A model generated the notes under the pieces. It saw only the letters and a list, made by a program, of their open reading frames with translations. It had not been told where the DNA came from and ran no database searches. 64,000 bases of DNA from Squalus acanthias (lineage: Eukaryota): positions 59,088,001 through 59,152,000 of the forward strand of contig CM059438.1 of assembly GCA_030390025.1 (NCBI GenBank), read 5' to 3'. The position numbers and the translations under genes are program-made. Shown one piece after another: positions 12,137 through 25,600 of this stretch. How positions within the stretch are numbered: position 1 is the first letter of the stretch; the number at the start of each line of letters is the position of its first letter.

Positions 12137-15100
12137 CATGTGTTTCACTTCAATCCAGTTTGAGCGACTATCTACAAGTACCAGGAAATAATCATTTGCT
12201 TTCTCACAGAAGTCTACATGTACTCTCTGAAAAAGTCTACTTGGCCATGACCAGGGTTGTAGTGGAGTTTTGGGTGGTTTGTTTCTGCAATTTTGGCAAA
12301 CGCTGCATTCAGTAAACAAAGCTTCTTGCAATTGATTTCATACTGACGATCCCTGGATGTTCAGTTTGAAGTTTAGCCAGAATTCTATCTCTCAAAGAAG
12401 TAGGTACCACCGCTCTGTTTCCCCACTTGATATAACCTTGCTCACAAGACAATTCAGTACAATGGTTATGGAATGGTTTCAATTCTGTGTCCAGACACTG
12501 ATCAGTCCATCTATTCAAGGTGTTTTCATACATTCTTTTCAGTACTGAGTCCTTTTGAGTCTCATCTGCAATCTCAGTTGCATTCACGGGTAACTCTTTG
12601 TCAACATCACCTAGTGTGAAAATCTCACCTTCACTCCCACCACGAGTCCTCATGTGGCAACCTGGACAAGGCATCTGTGATTGCATTTTGCTTTGAAGTG
12701 CGATATTCAATCATGTAGTCATATTATAGAAGCATAGAAGATAGGAGCAGGAGCAGGCCATTCGGCCCCTCGAGCCTGCTCCACCATTTAATGAGATCAT
12801 GGCTGATCATCCAAATTCAGTATCCTGTCCCTGCTTTCTCCCCATATCCCTTGATCCCTTTAGCCTTAAGAAATATATCTATCTCCTTCTTGAATATATT
12901 TAATGAATTGGCCTCAACTGCCTTCTGTGGTAGAGAATTCCACAGGTTCACCACTCTCTGGGTGAGGAAATTCCTCCTCATCTCAGTCCTAAATGGCTTA
13001 CCCCTTATCCTTAGACTGTGACCCCTGGTTCTGGACTCCCCCGCCATCAGGAACATCCTTCCTGCATCTAGTCTGTCTAGTCCTGTTAGAATTTTATAAA
13101 TTCCCGGAGATCCCCTCTCATTCTTCGAAACTCTAGCGAATATAAGCCTAATCGACCCAATCTCTCTTCATACGTCATTCCTGCCATCCCAGGTATCAGT
13201 CTGGTAAATCTTCGCTGCACTCCCTCCATGGCAAGAACATCCTTCCTCAGATAAGGCGACCAAAACTGCACACAATACTCAAGGTGTGGTCTCACCAAGG
13301 CCTTGTACAACTGCAGCAAGACATCCTTGCTCCTGTACTCGAATCCTCTCGCTATGAAGGCCAACATACCATTTGCTTTCTTAACCGCCTGCTGCACCTG
13401 CATGCTTACCTTCAGCGACTGGTGCACAAGGACTCCCAGATCTCGTTGCACTTCCCCTTTTCCCAATCTATTGCCGTTCAGATAATAATCTGTCTTCCTG
13501 TTTTTGCCACCAAAGTGGATAACCTCGCATTTATCCACATTATACTGCATCTGCCATGCATCTGCCCAATCACCCAACCTGTCCAAATCATACTGGAGTT
13601 TCTCTGCATCCTCCTCACAGCACACACGCCCACCCAGCTTTGTGTCGTCTGCAAACTTGGAGATATTACATCTAGTTCCCTTGTCTAGATCATTAATATA
13701 TATTGTGAATAACTGGGGTCCTAGCACCGATCCCTGTGGTACCCCACTCGTCATTGCCTGCCACTTGGAAAAAGACCCGTTTATTCCAACTCTTTGCTTC
13801 CTGTCTGCCAACCAGTTCTCTATCCAAATCAGTACCTCACCCCCAATCCCATGTGCTTTAACTTTGCATGCTAATCTCTTATGCGGGAACTTATCGAAAG
13901 CCTTCTGAAAGTCCAAATACACCACATCCACTGTTTCTCCCTTATCTATTCTACCAGTTACATCCTCAAAAAATTCCAGTAGATTAGTCAGGCATGATTT
14001 ACCTTTTGTAAATCCATGTTGACTTTGTCCGATCCTGTCACTGTTTTCCAAGTGCTCTGCTATTACATCTTTTATAATGGACTCTAGCATTTTGCCCACT
14101 ACCGATGTCAGGCTTACTGGTCTATAATTCCCCGTTTTCTCTCTACCACCTTTTTTAAATAGTGGGGTTACATTAGCTACCCTCCAATCCATGGGAACTG
14201 TTCCAGAGTCTATAGAATTTTGAAAGATGACCAGCAATGCATCTACTATTTCTAGGGCCACTTCCTTAAGTACCCTAGGATGTAGATAATCAGGCCCTGG
14301 GGATTTATCGGCCTTCAATCCCGTCAATTTTCCTAACACCATTTCCCTACAAATACTGATTTCATTCAATTCCTCCCTCTCATTAGACCCTATGTTCTCC
14401 GACATCTCTGGGAGTTTATTTGTGTCCTCCTTTGTGAAGATAGAACCAAAGTATGTATTTAATTGGTCTGCCATTTCTTTGTTCCCCATTATAAATTCCC
14501 CTGATTCTGACTGCAAGGGACCTACGCTTGACTTCACCAATCTTTTTCTCTTCACATATCTATAGAAGCTTTTACAGTCAGTTTTTATGTTCCCTGAAAG
14601 CTTACTCTCATATTCTATTTTCCCCCTCTTAATTAATCCCTTTGTCCTCCTTTGCTGAATCCTAAACTGCTCCCAATCCTCAGGTTTGCTGCTTTTTCTG
14701 GCCAATTTATATGTCCTCTCCTTGGATCTTATGCTATCCCTAACTTCCCTTGTTAGCCACGGTTGAGTCACCTTTTTTGTTTTATTTTTATGCCAAACAG
14801 GGATGAACAAATTTTGTAGTTCATCCATGCGATCTTTAAATGTTTGCCATTGCCTATCTACCGTCAACCCTTTAAGTAACGCTCCCCAATCCACCCTAGC
14901 CAACTCACGCCTCATATTATCGTAGTTTCCTTTATTTAAATTCAGGACCCTAGTCTCTGAGTCAATTACTTCACTCTCCATCTTAATGAAAAATTCTATC
15001 ATATTATGATCGCTCCTCCCCAAGGGGCCTCGCACAACAAGATTGCTAATTAATCCTTTCTCATTACATAATACTCAGTCTAAGATGGCCTGATCTCTAG

Positions 15101-15306
15101 TTGGTTCCTCGACATATTGGTCCAGGAAACCATCCCATATACACTCTAGGAATTCCTCCACCACAGTATTGTTACTAATTTGGTTAGCCCAATCTATATG
15201 TAGATTAAAGTCACCCATGATAACTGCTGTGCCCTTATTGCACGCGTCTCTAATTTCCCATTTAATGCCATCCCCAACCTCAGCATTACTGTTTGGGGGT
15301 CTGTAT

Positions 15307-16629
15307 TGTAGGGGGTGGAGTGGTAGGGTCAGCCTCACCTCTGACTCAGCGAGCGGTTCGAATCGCTCCCACGCCCCTGGTTCTAGACCTTGGACTTATT
15401 TGGGGGTTGTGAACAAAAATGCAGGAGACAACAGGTTTTGATGAAAGAATTTTGACTTTTATTAAAAAGAAAAAGGTAACAAACTTAAAACACTATTAAT
15501 GCTTAAACACAGGTTGGGGAACACACGGTACAGGCGAGGGAAATAACATTAGAAGAATACTTCACCCCTCCCAATCCCACTTCACTAGCTAGGTTGGACT
15601 CTGGAGAACCAGAGATAATGCTCACCAAACGAATCCTTGACAGTTGAGAGTTAGGGTTTAGAGTCTTTTGAGTAAAAGGTTTCGTAAGGCCCTTGTTGCC
15701 GCGAGGTGTCCGATGGTCACTGAGGCAGTCGCTCTGGTTTCTTCTCGCGTGTCGGTCTGCTTGTGAGGTTGTTGGCCTTCTTTGTTGAACTTCTTGCTGT
15801 AACTCTGCCTCTGTTTAAACTGTCTTCTTCCGAGCTGTGGAACTGCCTTCTGCCTGCTTGTCCTGAACTCTGTAACTCCAGCACTGACTTCTGCTGAACA
15901 CAGGCTTTTAAAATTGAACTGCAGAACTGACTTCTGTTGAACTTGTAACTGTTTTACTGGAGAACTGTAACTCCCTTCTTACTGAACTGTTGTAACTGTT
16001 TGATGGGCCTTCAATTATACTAAATTGAAGTGGCCTTGTCAAAACCAAATCAAATCCTGGTCATTGTAAGACCTCGTTAACAGTAACGACTTTACTAGCA
16101 TGTTAACTGGTTTTGTAAATGTGTGAAGTGGATTCAAGATAGCTCCATCCTGTCGATCTGTTGTTTAATCGGAGTTTGCATTGTCCTCATGTTTTGGGTT
16201 TCTTGACTGGGCCTAGGACTCCTATCTTTATGCATGTCTTTAATGGGTTCAGTAAGTGTCAAATGGGGTTTCTTTTTGAGATGGTTTGCATCCTGTCGAT
16301 CTTCTTGGCTGATTGGTTTTTGATGGGATGAGACTGTCTTCTCCTAGGGTCTGTTGTCAAAATGTTAATGCTTGCTGGGGCTTGAGTGAGGTCATCCCGA
16401 TTCCCCAGACAACTGCAATACCCAAAACTGCTTTTACAGAGGTCGACCCCAACTTCCTTCACAGCCTTTTCTCCCTTTACAGGCCCAGACATGTTTTTAA
16501 AATGCCAAAACTTGGTTTTTGGTCTTAAATTCCTTATGTTAGGCCCAAATGCATTTTTATCACTCTGGGGTAGTTCCAAAGTCCTTTTTCCTTAGGTTTT
16601 GGGGATCTGCAAATTTTGGAAACCTTACA
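15307..16629 (-). mobile_element. Solo LTR, family L1 (1323 bp), inside the CR1 endonuclease
   Basis: TG...CA ends; GTAT/GCAT TSD; both ends match the reverse complement of 10092-11725. Confidence 0.88.
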
Positions 16630-16973
16630 GCATACAACTCCCACTAACGTTTTCTGCCCCATGGTATTTCTCAGCTCTACCCATACAGATTCCATATCAT
16701 CAGAGCTAATATCCTTCCTTACTATTGTGTTAATCTCCTCTTTAACCAGTAATGCTACCCCACCTCCTTTTCCTTTTTGTCTGTCCTTCCTGAATATTGA
16801 ATACCCCTGGATGTTGAATTCCCAGCCTTGGTCACCCTGGAGCCATGTCTCCGTAATCCCAATTATATCATATCCGTTTACATCTATTTGCGCAGCTAAT
16901 TCATCCACCTTATTATGAATGCTCCTCGCATTAAGACACAAAGCCTTCAGGCTTGTTTTTTTTAACACTCTTA

Positions 16974-17866
16974 GGGGTAGAAATTAGGTCACGCCCCATT
17001 TGGGGTGCTAATATCGTCCGGACGCAAATATTAGCGCCTGGCGCTAATTATCGGCACTGACAGGAAACTTCACTTTTACCGCCCCGGGAGGTGAGTGGAG
17101 CGCTAAATCAGGCGCTGCACACCTCTCTTAAGGCGCAAAGGCCAAGGAGTGAGGCGCTAACTCGGAGCGCTGGCGAAGCTCATGTAATGTCAGTCAGCAA
17201 TGGAACACACACACAATGGCACGGGCCAGTTCTTAAAGGGGATGGTTAATCTTGCTTTCCATCCACATCCTGTTCATTGCTGCCTTGAATCTCGGCCTGG
17301 AGAGACTTGCACATCAAATGTGCTGGAAAGAACAATGGAGAGTACCAGGGAAAGAGCTCAGAGTGCAGCTCCCACATTCTCTGCTAAATCGATACAAGGA
17401 ATGGCAAATCAAAATGAACCTGCAAAGTGCTGCTCAGTACCCAAAACTCCTTCACACAACGTTGAATCTCTCCAGAAGTCTCTCCCTCTCTCTCTCAGAA
17501 TGCGTAGTTCAAAAATGCCACCAACAATAAAAGACCGGAAGAGGCCCCCTTTAAATAGCGCCCCCCCCAGCCCCACAGCGATTGATAGCGTTCCAGTCTT
17601 CTGGTCGTTGGAAGCGCCAGGCGGTAAGGCAGGGGGCGCCACTCAATTTCCGCTACGGGGCGCCCCAAGGGTGTTGCACCATGGAATGACGTCACAATCT
17701 GCGCGCGCAGGTTGTCGCAGCGGTAAGTTTTAGCGCCGCCGCACAATCTCAAGTTAAGTTCTCGAGCGGCGCAAACATCGCTGCGCCCGGGCGTTAGCGG
17801 CTTTGCGCCCCATTAGCGCCCTCTTAAGGCGCTAACGGGAGGCGCAACCAAGTGAATTTTTACCCC
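16974..17866. mobile_element. GC-rich Harbinger-type MITE (family C)
   Basis: TIRs ggggtagaaatt / aatttttacccc; TTA TSD at 16971-16973 and 17867-17869. Confidence 0.88.
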
Positions 17867-20413
17867 TTAGTCCTTTTAGAATTATTATTTACTGTAGCCC
17901 TGTTTGATTTACACCCTTGATTTCTCTGCCTTCCACTTTTGCTTTTCTCCTTCCTGTCTTTTGGTTCTATCCTTGCTTCCCTTTCCTCTGTTTCCCTGCA
18001 CAGGTTCCCAACCCCCTGCCATTTTAGTTTAAACCCTCCCCAACAGCACTAGCAAACACTCCCCCTAGGACATTGGTCCCGGTCCTGCCCAGGTGCAAAC
18101 CGTCTAGTTTGTACTGGTCCCACCTCCCCCAGAACCGGTTCCAATGTCCCAGGAATTTGAATCCCTCCCCCTTGCACCATTCCTCTAGCCACGTATTCAT
18201 CTGAATTATCCTTCTATTTCTACTCTGACTAGCACGTGGCACCGGTAGCAATCCTGAGATTACTACCTTTGAGGTCCTATTTTTTAATTTACCTCCTAAC
18301 TCCCTATATTCAGCTTTTAGGACCTCATCCCATTTTTTACCTATATCGTTGGTACCTATATGCACCACGACAACTGGCTGTTCACCCTCCCTCTCCAGAA
18401 TGCCCTGCAGCCGCTCCGAGACATCCTTGACCCTTGCACCAGGGAGGCAACATACCATCCTGGAGTCTCGTTTGCGGCCGCAGAAACGCCTATCTATTCT
18501 CCTTACAATCGAATCCCCTATCACTATAGCTCTCCCGCTATTTTTCCTCCCGTCCTGTGCAGCAGAACCACCCATGGTGCCAGGTAGTTGGTTGCTGCTG
18601 CCTTCCCCCGATAAGCCATCTCCCTCAACAATATCCAAAGTGGTATATCTGTTTGAGAGGGGGTGTCCACAGGGGACCCCTGCCCTACCTGCCTGCGCCT
18701 ACTACTCTGCCTGGTGGTCACCCATTCCCTTCCTGCCTGTGCAGCCTTTACCTGCGGTGTGACCAACTCCCTAAACGTGCTATCCACGATGTCCTCAGCA
18801 TCGCGAATGCTCCAGTATGCATCCATTTGCAGCTCCAGCGCCGCAATGCGGTCTGCCAGTAGCTGCAGCTGGATACACTTCCCGCACACATGGTCAACAG
18901 GGACACAGGAAGTGTCCCTGATTGCCCACATAGTGCAGGAGGAGCATGCCACGGGGCTGAGCTGTGCTGCCATGACTTATCCTTTAATTAATTTAAATTA
19001 ACTCAAATCAATACCACAAATTACACAACAATTAAATGATATACTCAAGGGCCCTTGTATACTAGCGCTCCCTGCTACACAACAGAGACCTTAGAAACTA
19101 TAACCACAAAAATTAGGACCTACTAAACTTTATAAACTATTAACCTTAACTGTCAAACTACAGAGTAGTATAAATACTCACCTGGCCGTACTCACCCAAT
19201 CAGCTGCTTCCTCTTGTCCGCGTCACTTTTTGAATTGTGACGTGGCTCTGGAAGGTCGCCGCCAGTCTGTGAGATTGGTAAGCCTTGTGCTGCTGCTCTC
19301 TCCGCTCCCGACACTGGCCTCTGTGACAACAACACTGCCCAACGTTGCATTCTTGATGCGGCCATTGCAGGGATGGCAGATCTGGGCCCCAATATTGCAT
19401 GGAGTGGTTTGTGATCGGTTATCAGGGTAAACTTTCTGCCGATCAGGAACTGTTGGAATTTCTTGATTCCAAACACTATGGCGAATGTTTCCTTTTCAAT
19501 TTGCGCCTAGTTTCTTTTGCTCTTTGTGATGGTTTGCGATGCGAACGCAATTGCTTTCTCTTGGCGGTCATCCATTACGCAGCATCACACGCTAACTTAA
19601 GCTCACGCTCTGTGTCGTAGTGCACAAGTAGAGCATCGCTAGAGAGACTTCTCGTACAAGCGTTGTAAGCTTCCTGTTGCGCTTTTGTCCACTTCCACTG
19701 GACATCCCTCTTGAGGCGCTCGTGCAATGGAGCTAACATGGTCGCTAACTCAGGTAAGAAACGTCATAGTATTGGATCATTCCAAGGAAAGATCTTAACT
19801 CAGACAAGTTCTGTGGCTTTGGAGCATTGATGACAGCATCAACCTTTTTCTTCTTTGATTGCAAGCCATTTGCATCAACTTTCAGATTAAGGTACACAAC
19901 CTCGGGCTGCACCAAAGCTCATTTGCTCCTTTTCAATTTGACATGGTGGACATTCAACCTTTGAAGCACTAAATCTAACACTTCTAGATTTTCTTCCTCG
20001 CTGCTTTTTTACGTTCACAAATTACTTTATTTTGAGCTTGAACATTCTCATCTGCACCTTCGGTCTCAATAATGATATTGGCCTTAAAAAACATCTCCAT
20101 CCGCTCAGTGTAAGAACTGAATGGTTTAGGAGCTCGGTCATACAGGCCGAGGCTTCCGATGAATCCCGTAGGCGTGGCCATGATTGTCCCGATCCCGTTG
20201 AACAGTGACTCGGCCGTTACCTGTGTACCTGTGAGAATCAACGCCGCTGTTGCTGTGTACACATACACATGAAGGCGAAGCACAGACGATTGTGCATCAG
20301 CATTAACAGTAAAATAATCACAAAAATTCAGTTTAGGTGTCACAAATTCACCATAAACATGTCCACTTGAAGGTTGAACACTGTGTCCCTCTATCCCTAA
20401 AAATGGCTTTGGG

Positions 20414-20431
20414 ATTCCATCCTCATCGGCA
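20414..20431 (-). promoter_or_regulatory. Decayed primer-binding site, complementary to the tRNA-Ser(GCT) 3' end
   Basis: Plus strand attccatcctcatcggca resembles ATCCCATCCTCGTCGCCA and lies immediately inside the 5' LTR. Confidence 0.6.
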
Positions 20432-20558
20432 AAATGTAATATACTTGGGTAGAACAAATGAAGGATAGAGACACGATGAGTTGCTCATCCATGTGCTTGT
20501 TTACTAGGCCAGAGCGAACTGAGCATGCTCATACTAAACCATATGATAACACATTACA

Positions 20559-20780
20559 CCCCTTAATCTTCTAAACTCAATGGAATACAAGCCTAGTCTG
20601 TGCAACCTGTCCTCGTAATTTAACCCTTTTAGCCCCGGTACCATTCTGGTGAATCTGCGCTGCTCCCCCTCCAAGGCCAATATATCCTTCCCGAGATGTG
20701 GTGCCCAGAACTGAACGCGGTGTCCAGATGGGGTCTGGAGCCTTATATAACTGTAACATAACTCGCTCTTCTTTGTAGTT
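20559..20780 (-). mobile_element. Old CR1 3' fragment that hosts the Gypsy insertion (other part at about 8600-8664)
   Basis: VMLQLYKA...RFTRMVPG-like remnants; joins across the CCCCT TSD. Confidence 0.75.
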
Positions 20781-21269
20781 CATAGGTCACGGAGAAATTA
20801 ATAACAATGGAGATCATTCCAAGGGACCATGGCAACTGATATTAATGCAGGTGTTCACCCTGAGGCCTGAGGAAGGGGTGAGCGAGTGAGTGAGGAGCCA
20901 CCAGCAGGTTTAAATTGCACAAAATCCCTTCTGATAAAGTGACAGGATTCTGAGCATTGTGACCCTGAGACAGAGCGGGGAATAGAACATCCCAGCTTTA
21001 CTGAAGCAGACAACTGGTATCGGTCAGTCTGGCCTGAGGCGTCTGGAGGATCCCGTCCAGACAGGGCTGTGGTGTTTGTCAAACAGAACGGCAACGTGGC
21101 CTGAATGAGACAGACGACTGCAGCAAGGAGCGATTAGATCACTAGACCAGGCCAGACCCACACTGGGTAGAGCTGAAAAGTTATACAATTCAGGACTTGA
21201 TTTAAAGGTCAGCTTCTCAAAGCACGGAACTGCTGACTTGAATAACACACCGTACACTTGGCATTGTGA

Positions 21270-21593
21270 CCCATCAAACACTCCCAGGGCAGGTACAGCA
21301 TGGGGTTAGATATAAAGTAAAGCTCCCTCTACACTGTCCCATCAAACACTCCCAGGGCAGGTACAGCATGGGGTTAGATACAGAGTAAAGCTCCCCCTAC
21401 ACTGTCCCATCAAACACTCCCAGGACAGGTACAGCACGGGGTTAGATACAGAGTAAAGCTCCCTCTACACTGTCCCATCAAACACTCCCAGGGCAGGTAC
21501 AGCACGGGTTAGACACAGAGTAAAGCTCCCTCTACACTGTCCCATCAAACACTCCCAGGGCAGGTACAGCATGGGTTAGATACAGAGTAAAGC
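21270..21593. repeat. 67-68-bp tandem repeat, about 4.8 copies
   Basis: Unit cccatcaaacactcccagggcaggtacagcacgggttagatacagagtaaagctccctctacactgt starting at 21270, 21338, 21406, 21474 and 21541. Confidence 0.95.
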
Positions 21594-21672
21594 AAGTATC
21601 CAAAATTTATGACAAAGGAAGTAATTGTGAAGTACAGGAAATGTGTTGTAAATGGAAAGGTTTTAATATATT

Positions 21673-22434
21673 GGCCCGAAAATTAGACCTAATACGTGAG
21701 AGTATGCACTGTGTACTCTCGCGTTTTAGGTCTCCAATTGCCGGTTTCCTGCATGCACTGCGCATGCGCGGGAAACCGGCACTTCGTGAATTCAAAAGGG
21801 GGCGGTTCCTAAGTGAACCGCGTGCGTGCTACAGGCTACGCGCACGCAGTGCACTTAGTTATTTTTGCAGCTATGAACGCGCAGGTAAGCATGGAAGATT
21901 TTACACATAAAGAAAGGAGGCGTAAGACCCTCTTTTAACAAGGTAAGTAGTTAATTAAGTATTATTTTAAATTTTTTTCAACAGGTTTATCTTTTTTAGA
22001 GACTTTAAAGAAAGATAAGTTTATTTTATAACTTTTAAAAAGATTTAAATTTTTTCAAAAATTACATTTTTTGTTTAAAGTGGTTAATTTATTTAACTAT
22101 AGTTATTTTATTAATGTGATGGCTTTTTTTAAAATTTAATTGAGGTTTAGCTGTTCTTTTGGGGGTGTGTAGGATTCATAGCTTTGACAGCCCTTGCTGT
22201 TAAAACTATGAATGAAAGATGGTGTGCTGCCATTGGCTCTAACTGAATCACGTGATCCCAGAGCTCGCACGAACTAATTGCGTCTCTGGGTCACGCAAGC
22301 ACTGCACAGCTGCATGTGGGACTGGCCTTGAAACTAAAGTTCGTGTGGGCCCGGAGGAAAAAGGTAGGCGCGGAGTGAGATATCGCGGGGAAGCCTTACC
22401 CCCGCGTGAACACTCACTGTTTAATTTCTGGGCC
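21673..22434 (-). mobile_element. Harbinger/PHIS-type MITE family A (opposite orientation to the other copies)
   Basis: TIRs ggcccgaaaatt / aatttctgggcc; ATT TSD. Confidence 0.9.
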
Positions 22435-22617
22435 ATTATGTGTTTGTTTAGAGATCTGTCTGTACATACCTTTCAATCCTCACGAGTCCAGGTGGTGTGG
22501 TGATGCATGCCCCATTGACCCTCCTATTCCCATTCGCGGCCTGTTCGCCCCGTCCCCCATGTTGTCTCTGACCTGCACAGTCTATTCCTTAGCCACCTAC
22601 ACGTATCACCATGCTTG

Positions 22618-25600
22618 CCTCAGTCCATCTCTCCCCCACCCCACAGTGAGGGTCTCAGTCCACCTCTCCCCCACCCCCCCACAGTGAGGGTCACAGTCCA
22701 CCTCTCCCCCACCTCTCCAGTGAGGGTCTCAGTCCACCTCTCCCCCCACCAGTGAGGGTCTCAGTCCACCTCTCCCCCCCCCCCCCCCACAGTGAGGGTC
22801 TCAGTCCACCTCTCCTCCCCCCCCCACAGTGAGGGTCTCAGTCCACCTCTCCCCCCCCTCCCAGTGAGGGTCTCAGTCCACCTCTCCCCCCCCCCCCACA
22901 GTGAGGGTCTCAGTCCACCTCTCCCCCACCGCTCCAGTGAGGGTCTCAGTCCACCTCTCCCCCACCCCCCCACAGTGAGGGTCTCAGTCCACCTCTCCCC
23001 CCCCCACAGTGAGGGTCTCAGTCCATCTCTCCCCCACCGCTCCAGTGAGGGCCTCAGTCCATCTCTCCCCCCCCCTCCCCAGTGAGGGCCTCAGTCCACC
23101 TCTCCCCCCCCCTCCCAGTGAGGGTCTCAGTCCACCTCTCCCCCCCCCCCCCCAGTGAGGGTCTCAGTCCACCTCTCCCCCCCCCCCCCCACAGTGAGGG
23201 TCTCAGTCCACCTCTCCCCCACCGCTCCAGTGAGGGTCTCAGTCCACCTCTCCCCCACCCCCCCACAGTGAGGGTCTCAGTCCACCTCTCCCCCCCCCCA
23301 CAGTGAGGGTCTCAGTCCACCTCTCCCCTCCCTCCTGAGGGTCTCAGTCCACCTCTCCCCCCCCCCCCAGTGAGGTCTCAGTCCACCTCTCCCCCCCCCC
23401 CAGTGAGGGTCTCAGTCCACCTCTCTCCCCCCCACCCACAGTGAGGGTCTCAGTCCACCTCTCCCCCCCCTCCCAGTGAGGGTCTCAGTCCACCTCTCCC
23501 CCACCCCCCCACAGTGAGGGTCTCAGTCCACCTCTCCCCCACCCCCCCACAGTGAGGGTCTCAGTCCACCTCTCCCCCCCCCCCCCCCAAATGAGGGTCA
23601 CAGTCCACCTCTCCCCCCCCCTCCAGTGAGGGTCTCAGTCCACCTCTCCCCCTCCCCCCCAGTGAGGGTCACAGTCCACCTCTCCCCCCCCCTCCCAGTG
23701 AGGGTCTCAGTCCACCTCTCCCCCCCCCTCCCAGTGAGGGTCTCAGTCCACCTCTCCCCCCCCTCCCAGTGAGGGTCTCAGTCCACCTCTCCCCCACCCC
23801 CCCACAGTGAGGGTCTCAGTCCACCTCTCCCCCCCCCTCCAGTGAGGGTCTCAGTCCACCTCTCCCCCCCAGTGAGGGTCTCAGTCCACCTCTCCCCCCC
23901 CCCCCAGTGAGGGTCTCAGTCCACCTCTCCCCCCCCCAGGAGGGTCTCAGTCCACCTCTCCCTCCCCCCCCCAGTGAGGGTCTCAGTCCACCTCTCCCCC
24001 CCAGTGAGGTCTCAGTCCACCTCTCCCCCAGTGAGGGTCTCAGTCCACCTCTCCCCCCCCCAGTGAGGGTCTCAGTCCACCTCTCCCCCAGTGAGGGTCT
24101 CAGTCCACCTCTCCCCCCCCCCAGTGAGGGTCTCAGTCCATCTCTCCCCTCCCCCCAGTGAGGGTCTCAGTCCACCTCTCCCCCCCAGTGAGGGTCTCAG
24201 TCCCATCTCCCCCCCAGTGAGGGTCTCAGTCCACCTCTCTCCCCCCCCAGTGAGGGTCTCAGTCCATCTCCCCCCCAGTGAGGGTCTCAGTCCATCTCTC
24301 CCCCAGTGAGGGTCTCAGTCCACCTCTCCCCCCCCCAGTGAGGGTCTCAGTCCACCTCCCCTCCCCCCAGTGAGGGTCTCAGTCCACCTCTCCCCCCCCA
24401 GTGAGGGTCTCAGTCCACTCTCCCCCCCAGTGAGGGTCTCAGTCCACCTCTCCCCCCCCCCCAGTGAGGGTCTCAGTCCACTCTCCCCCCCAGTGAGGGT
24501 CTCAGTCCATCTCCCTCCCAGTGAGGGTCTCAGTCCACCTCTCCCCCCCCCCAGTGAGGGTCTCAGTCCATCTCTCCCCCCCAGTGAGGGACTCAGTCCA
24601 TCTCTCCCCTCCCCCCAGTGAGGGTCTCAGTCCACCTCTCCCCCCCAGTGAGGGTCTCAGTCCACCTCTCCCCCCCCCCCCAGTGAGGGTCTCAGTCCAT
24701 CTCCCCCCCAGTGAGGGTCTCAGTCCATCTCCCTCCCAGTGAGGGTCTCAGTCCATCTCCCTCCCAGTGAGGGTCTCAGTCCACCTCTCTCCCCCCCCCA
24801 GTGAGGGTCTCAGTCCACTCTCCCCCCCAGTGAGGGTCTCAGTCCACCTCTCCCCCCCCCCCAGTGAGGGTCTCAGTCCACCTCTCTCCCCCCCCCAGTG
24901 AGGGTCTCAGTCCACCTCTCTCCCCCAGTGAGGGTCTCAGTCCACCTCTCCCCCCCCCCCCAGTGAGGGTCTCAGTCCACCTCTCTCCCCCCCCCAGTGA
25001 GGGTCTCAGTCCACCTCTCCCCCCCCCCCCCAGTGAGGGTCTCAGTCCACCTCTCCCCCCCCCCCAGTGAGGGTCTCAGTCCACCTCTCCCCCCCAGTGA
25101 GGGTCTCAGTCCACCTCTCCCCCCCCCCCAGTGAGGGTCTCAGTCCACCTCTCTCCCCCCCCCAGTGAGGGTCTCAGTCCACCTCTCTCCCCCAGTGAGG
25201 GTCTCAGTCCACCTCTCCCCCCCCCCCCAGTGAGGGTCTCAGTCCACCTCTCCCCCCCCCACAGTGAGGGTCTCAGTCCACCTCTCCCCCCCCCAGTGAG
25301 GTCACAGTCCACCTCTCTCCCCCCCCCACAGTGAGGGTCTCAGTCCACCTCTCCCCCCCCCCCACAGTGAGGGTCTCAGTCCACCTCTCCCCCCCCAGTG
25401 AGGGTCTCAGTCCACCTCTCCCCCCCCCCCCAGTGAGGGTCACAGTCCACCTCTCCCCCCCCCCACAGTGAGGGTCTCAGTCCATCTCTCCCCCCCAGTG
25501 AGGTCACAGTCCACCTCTCTCCCCCCCCACAGTGAGGGTCTCAGTCCACCTCTCCCCCTCCCCCCCCAGTGAGGGTCTCAGTCCACCTCTCTCCCCCCCC

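Larger units (their letters stand above)
12726..19321 (-). mobile_element. Near full-length CR1 LINE inside Gypsy pol
   Basis: ORF1 Zn-finger/coiled coil (18524..18973) and SGNH esterase (IGDSIVR, HIGTND, DGLHL; 18024..18638); endonuclease 16534..16968 and 15075..15300; RT 13086..15035; tail at 12726; removing it restores LLSQ-YDYMIEYR. Confidence 0.95.
8665..20558 (-). mobile_element. Gypsy (Mag-like) LTR retrotransposon, internally deleted, carrying nested insertions
   Basis: LTRs 8665-8801 and 20435-20558 (TGTAAT...ATTACA); CCCCT TSD; gag start MATPTGFIG...YTERMEMFF near 20181; RT/RNaseH 19322-19985 (LITDHKPL, RMQRWA); integrase 12137-12725 and 8926-9787 (PWSWP, RVHVDF, PPYHPASNG); PPT next to 8801. 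Confidence 0.93.

Noticed and set aside
20855..21281. Minus-strand ORFs or exons in unassigned sequence
   Set aside because: No convincing acceptor-donor pair and no recognisable protein
22643..23810. CACAGTG (V(D)J recombination signal heptamer) in many satellite units
   Set aside because: No ACAAAAACC-like nonamer at 12 or 23 bp spacing and no Ig/TCR segments nearby
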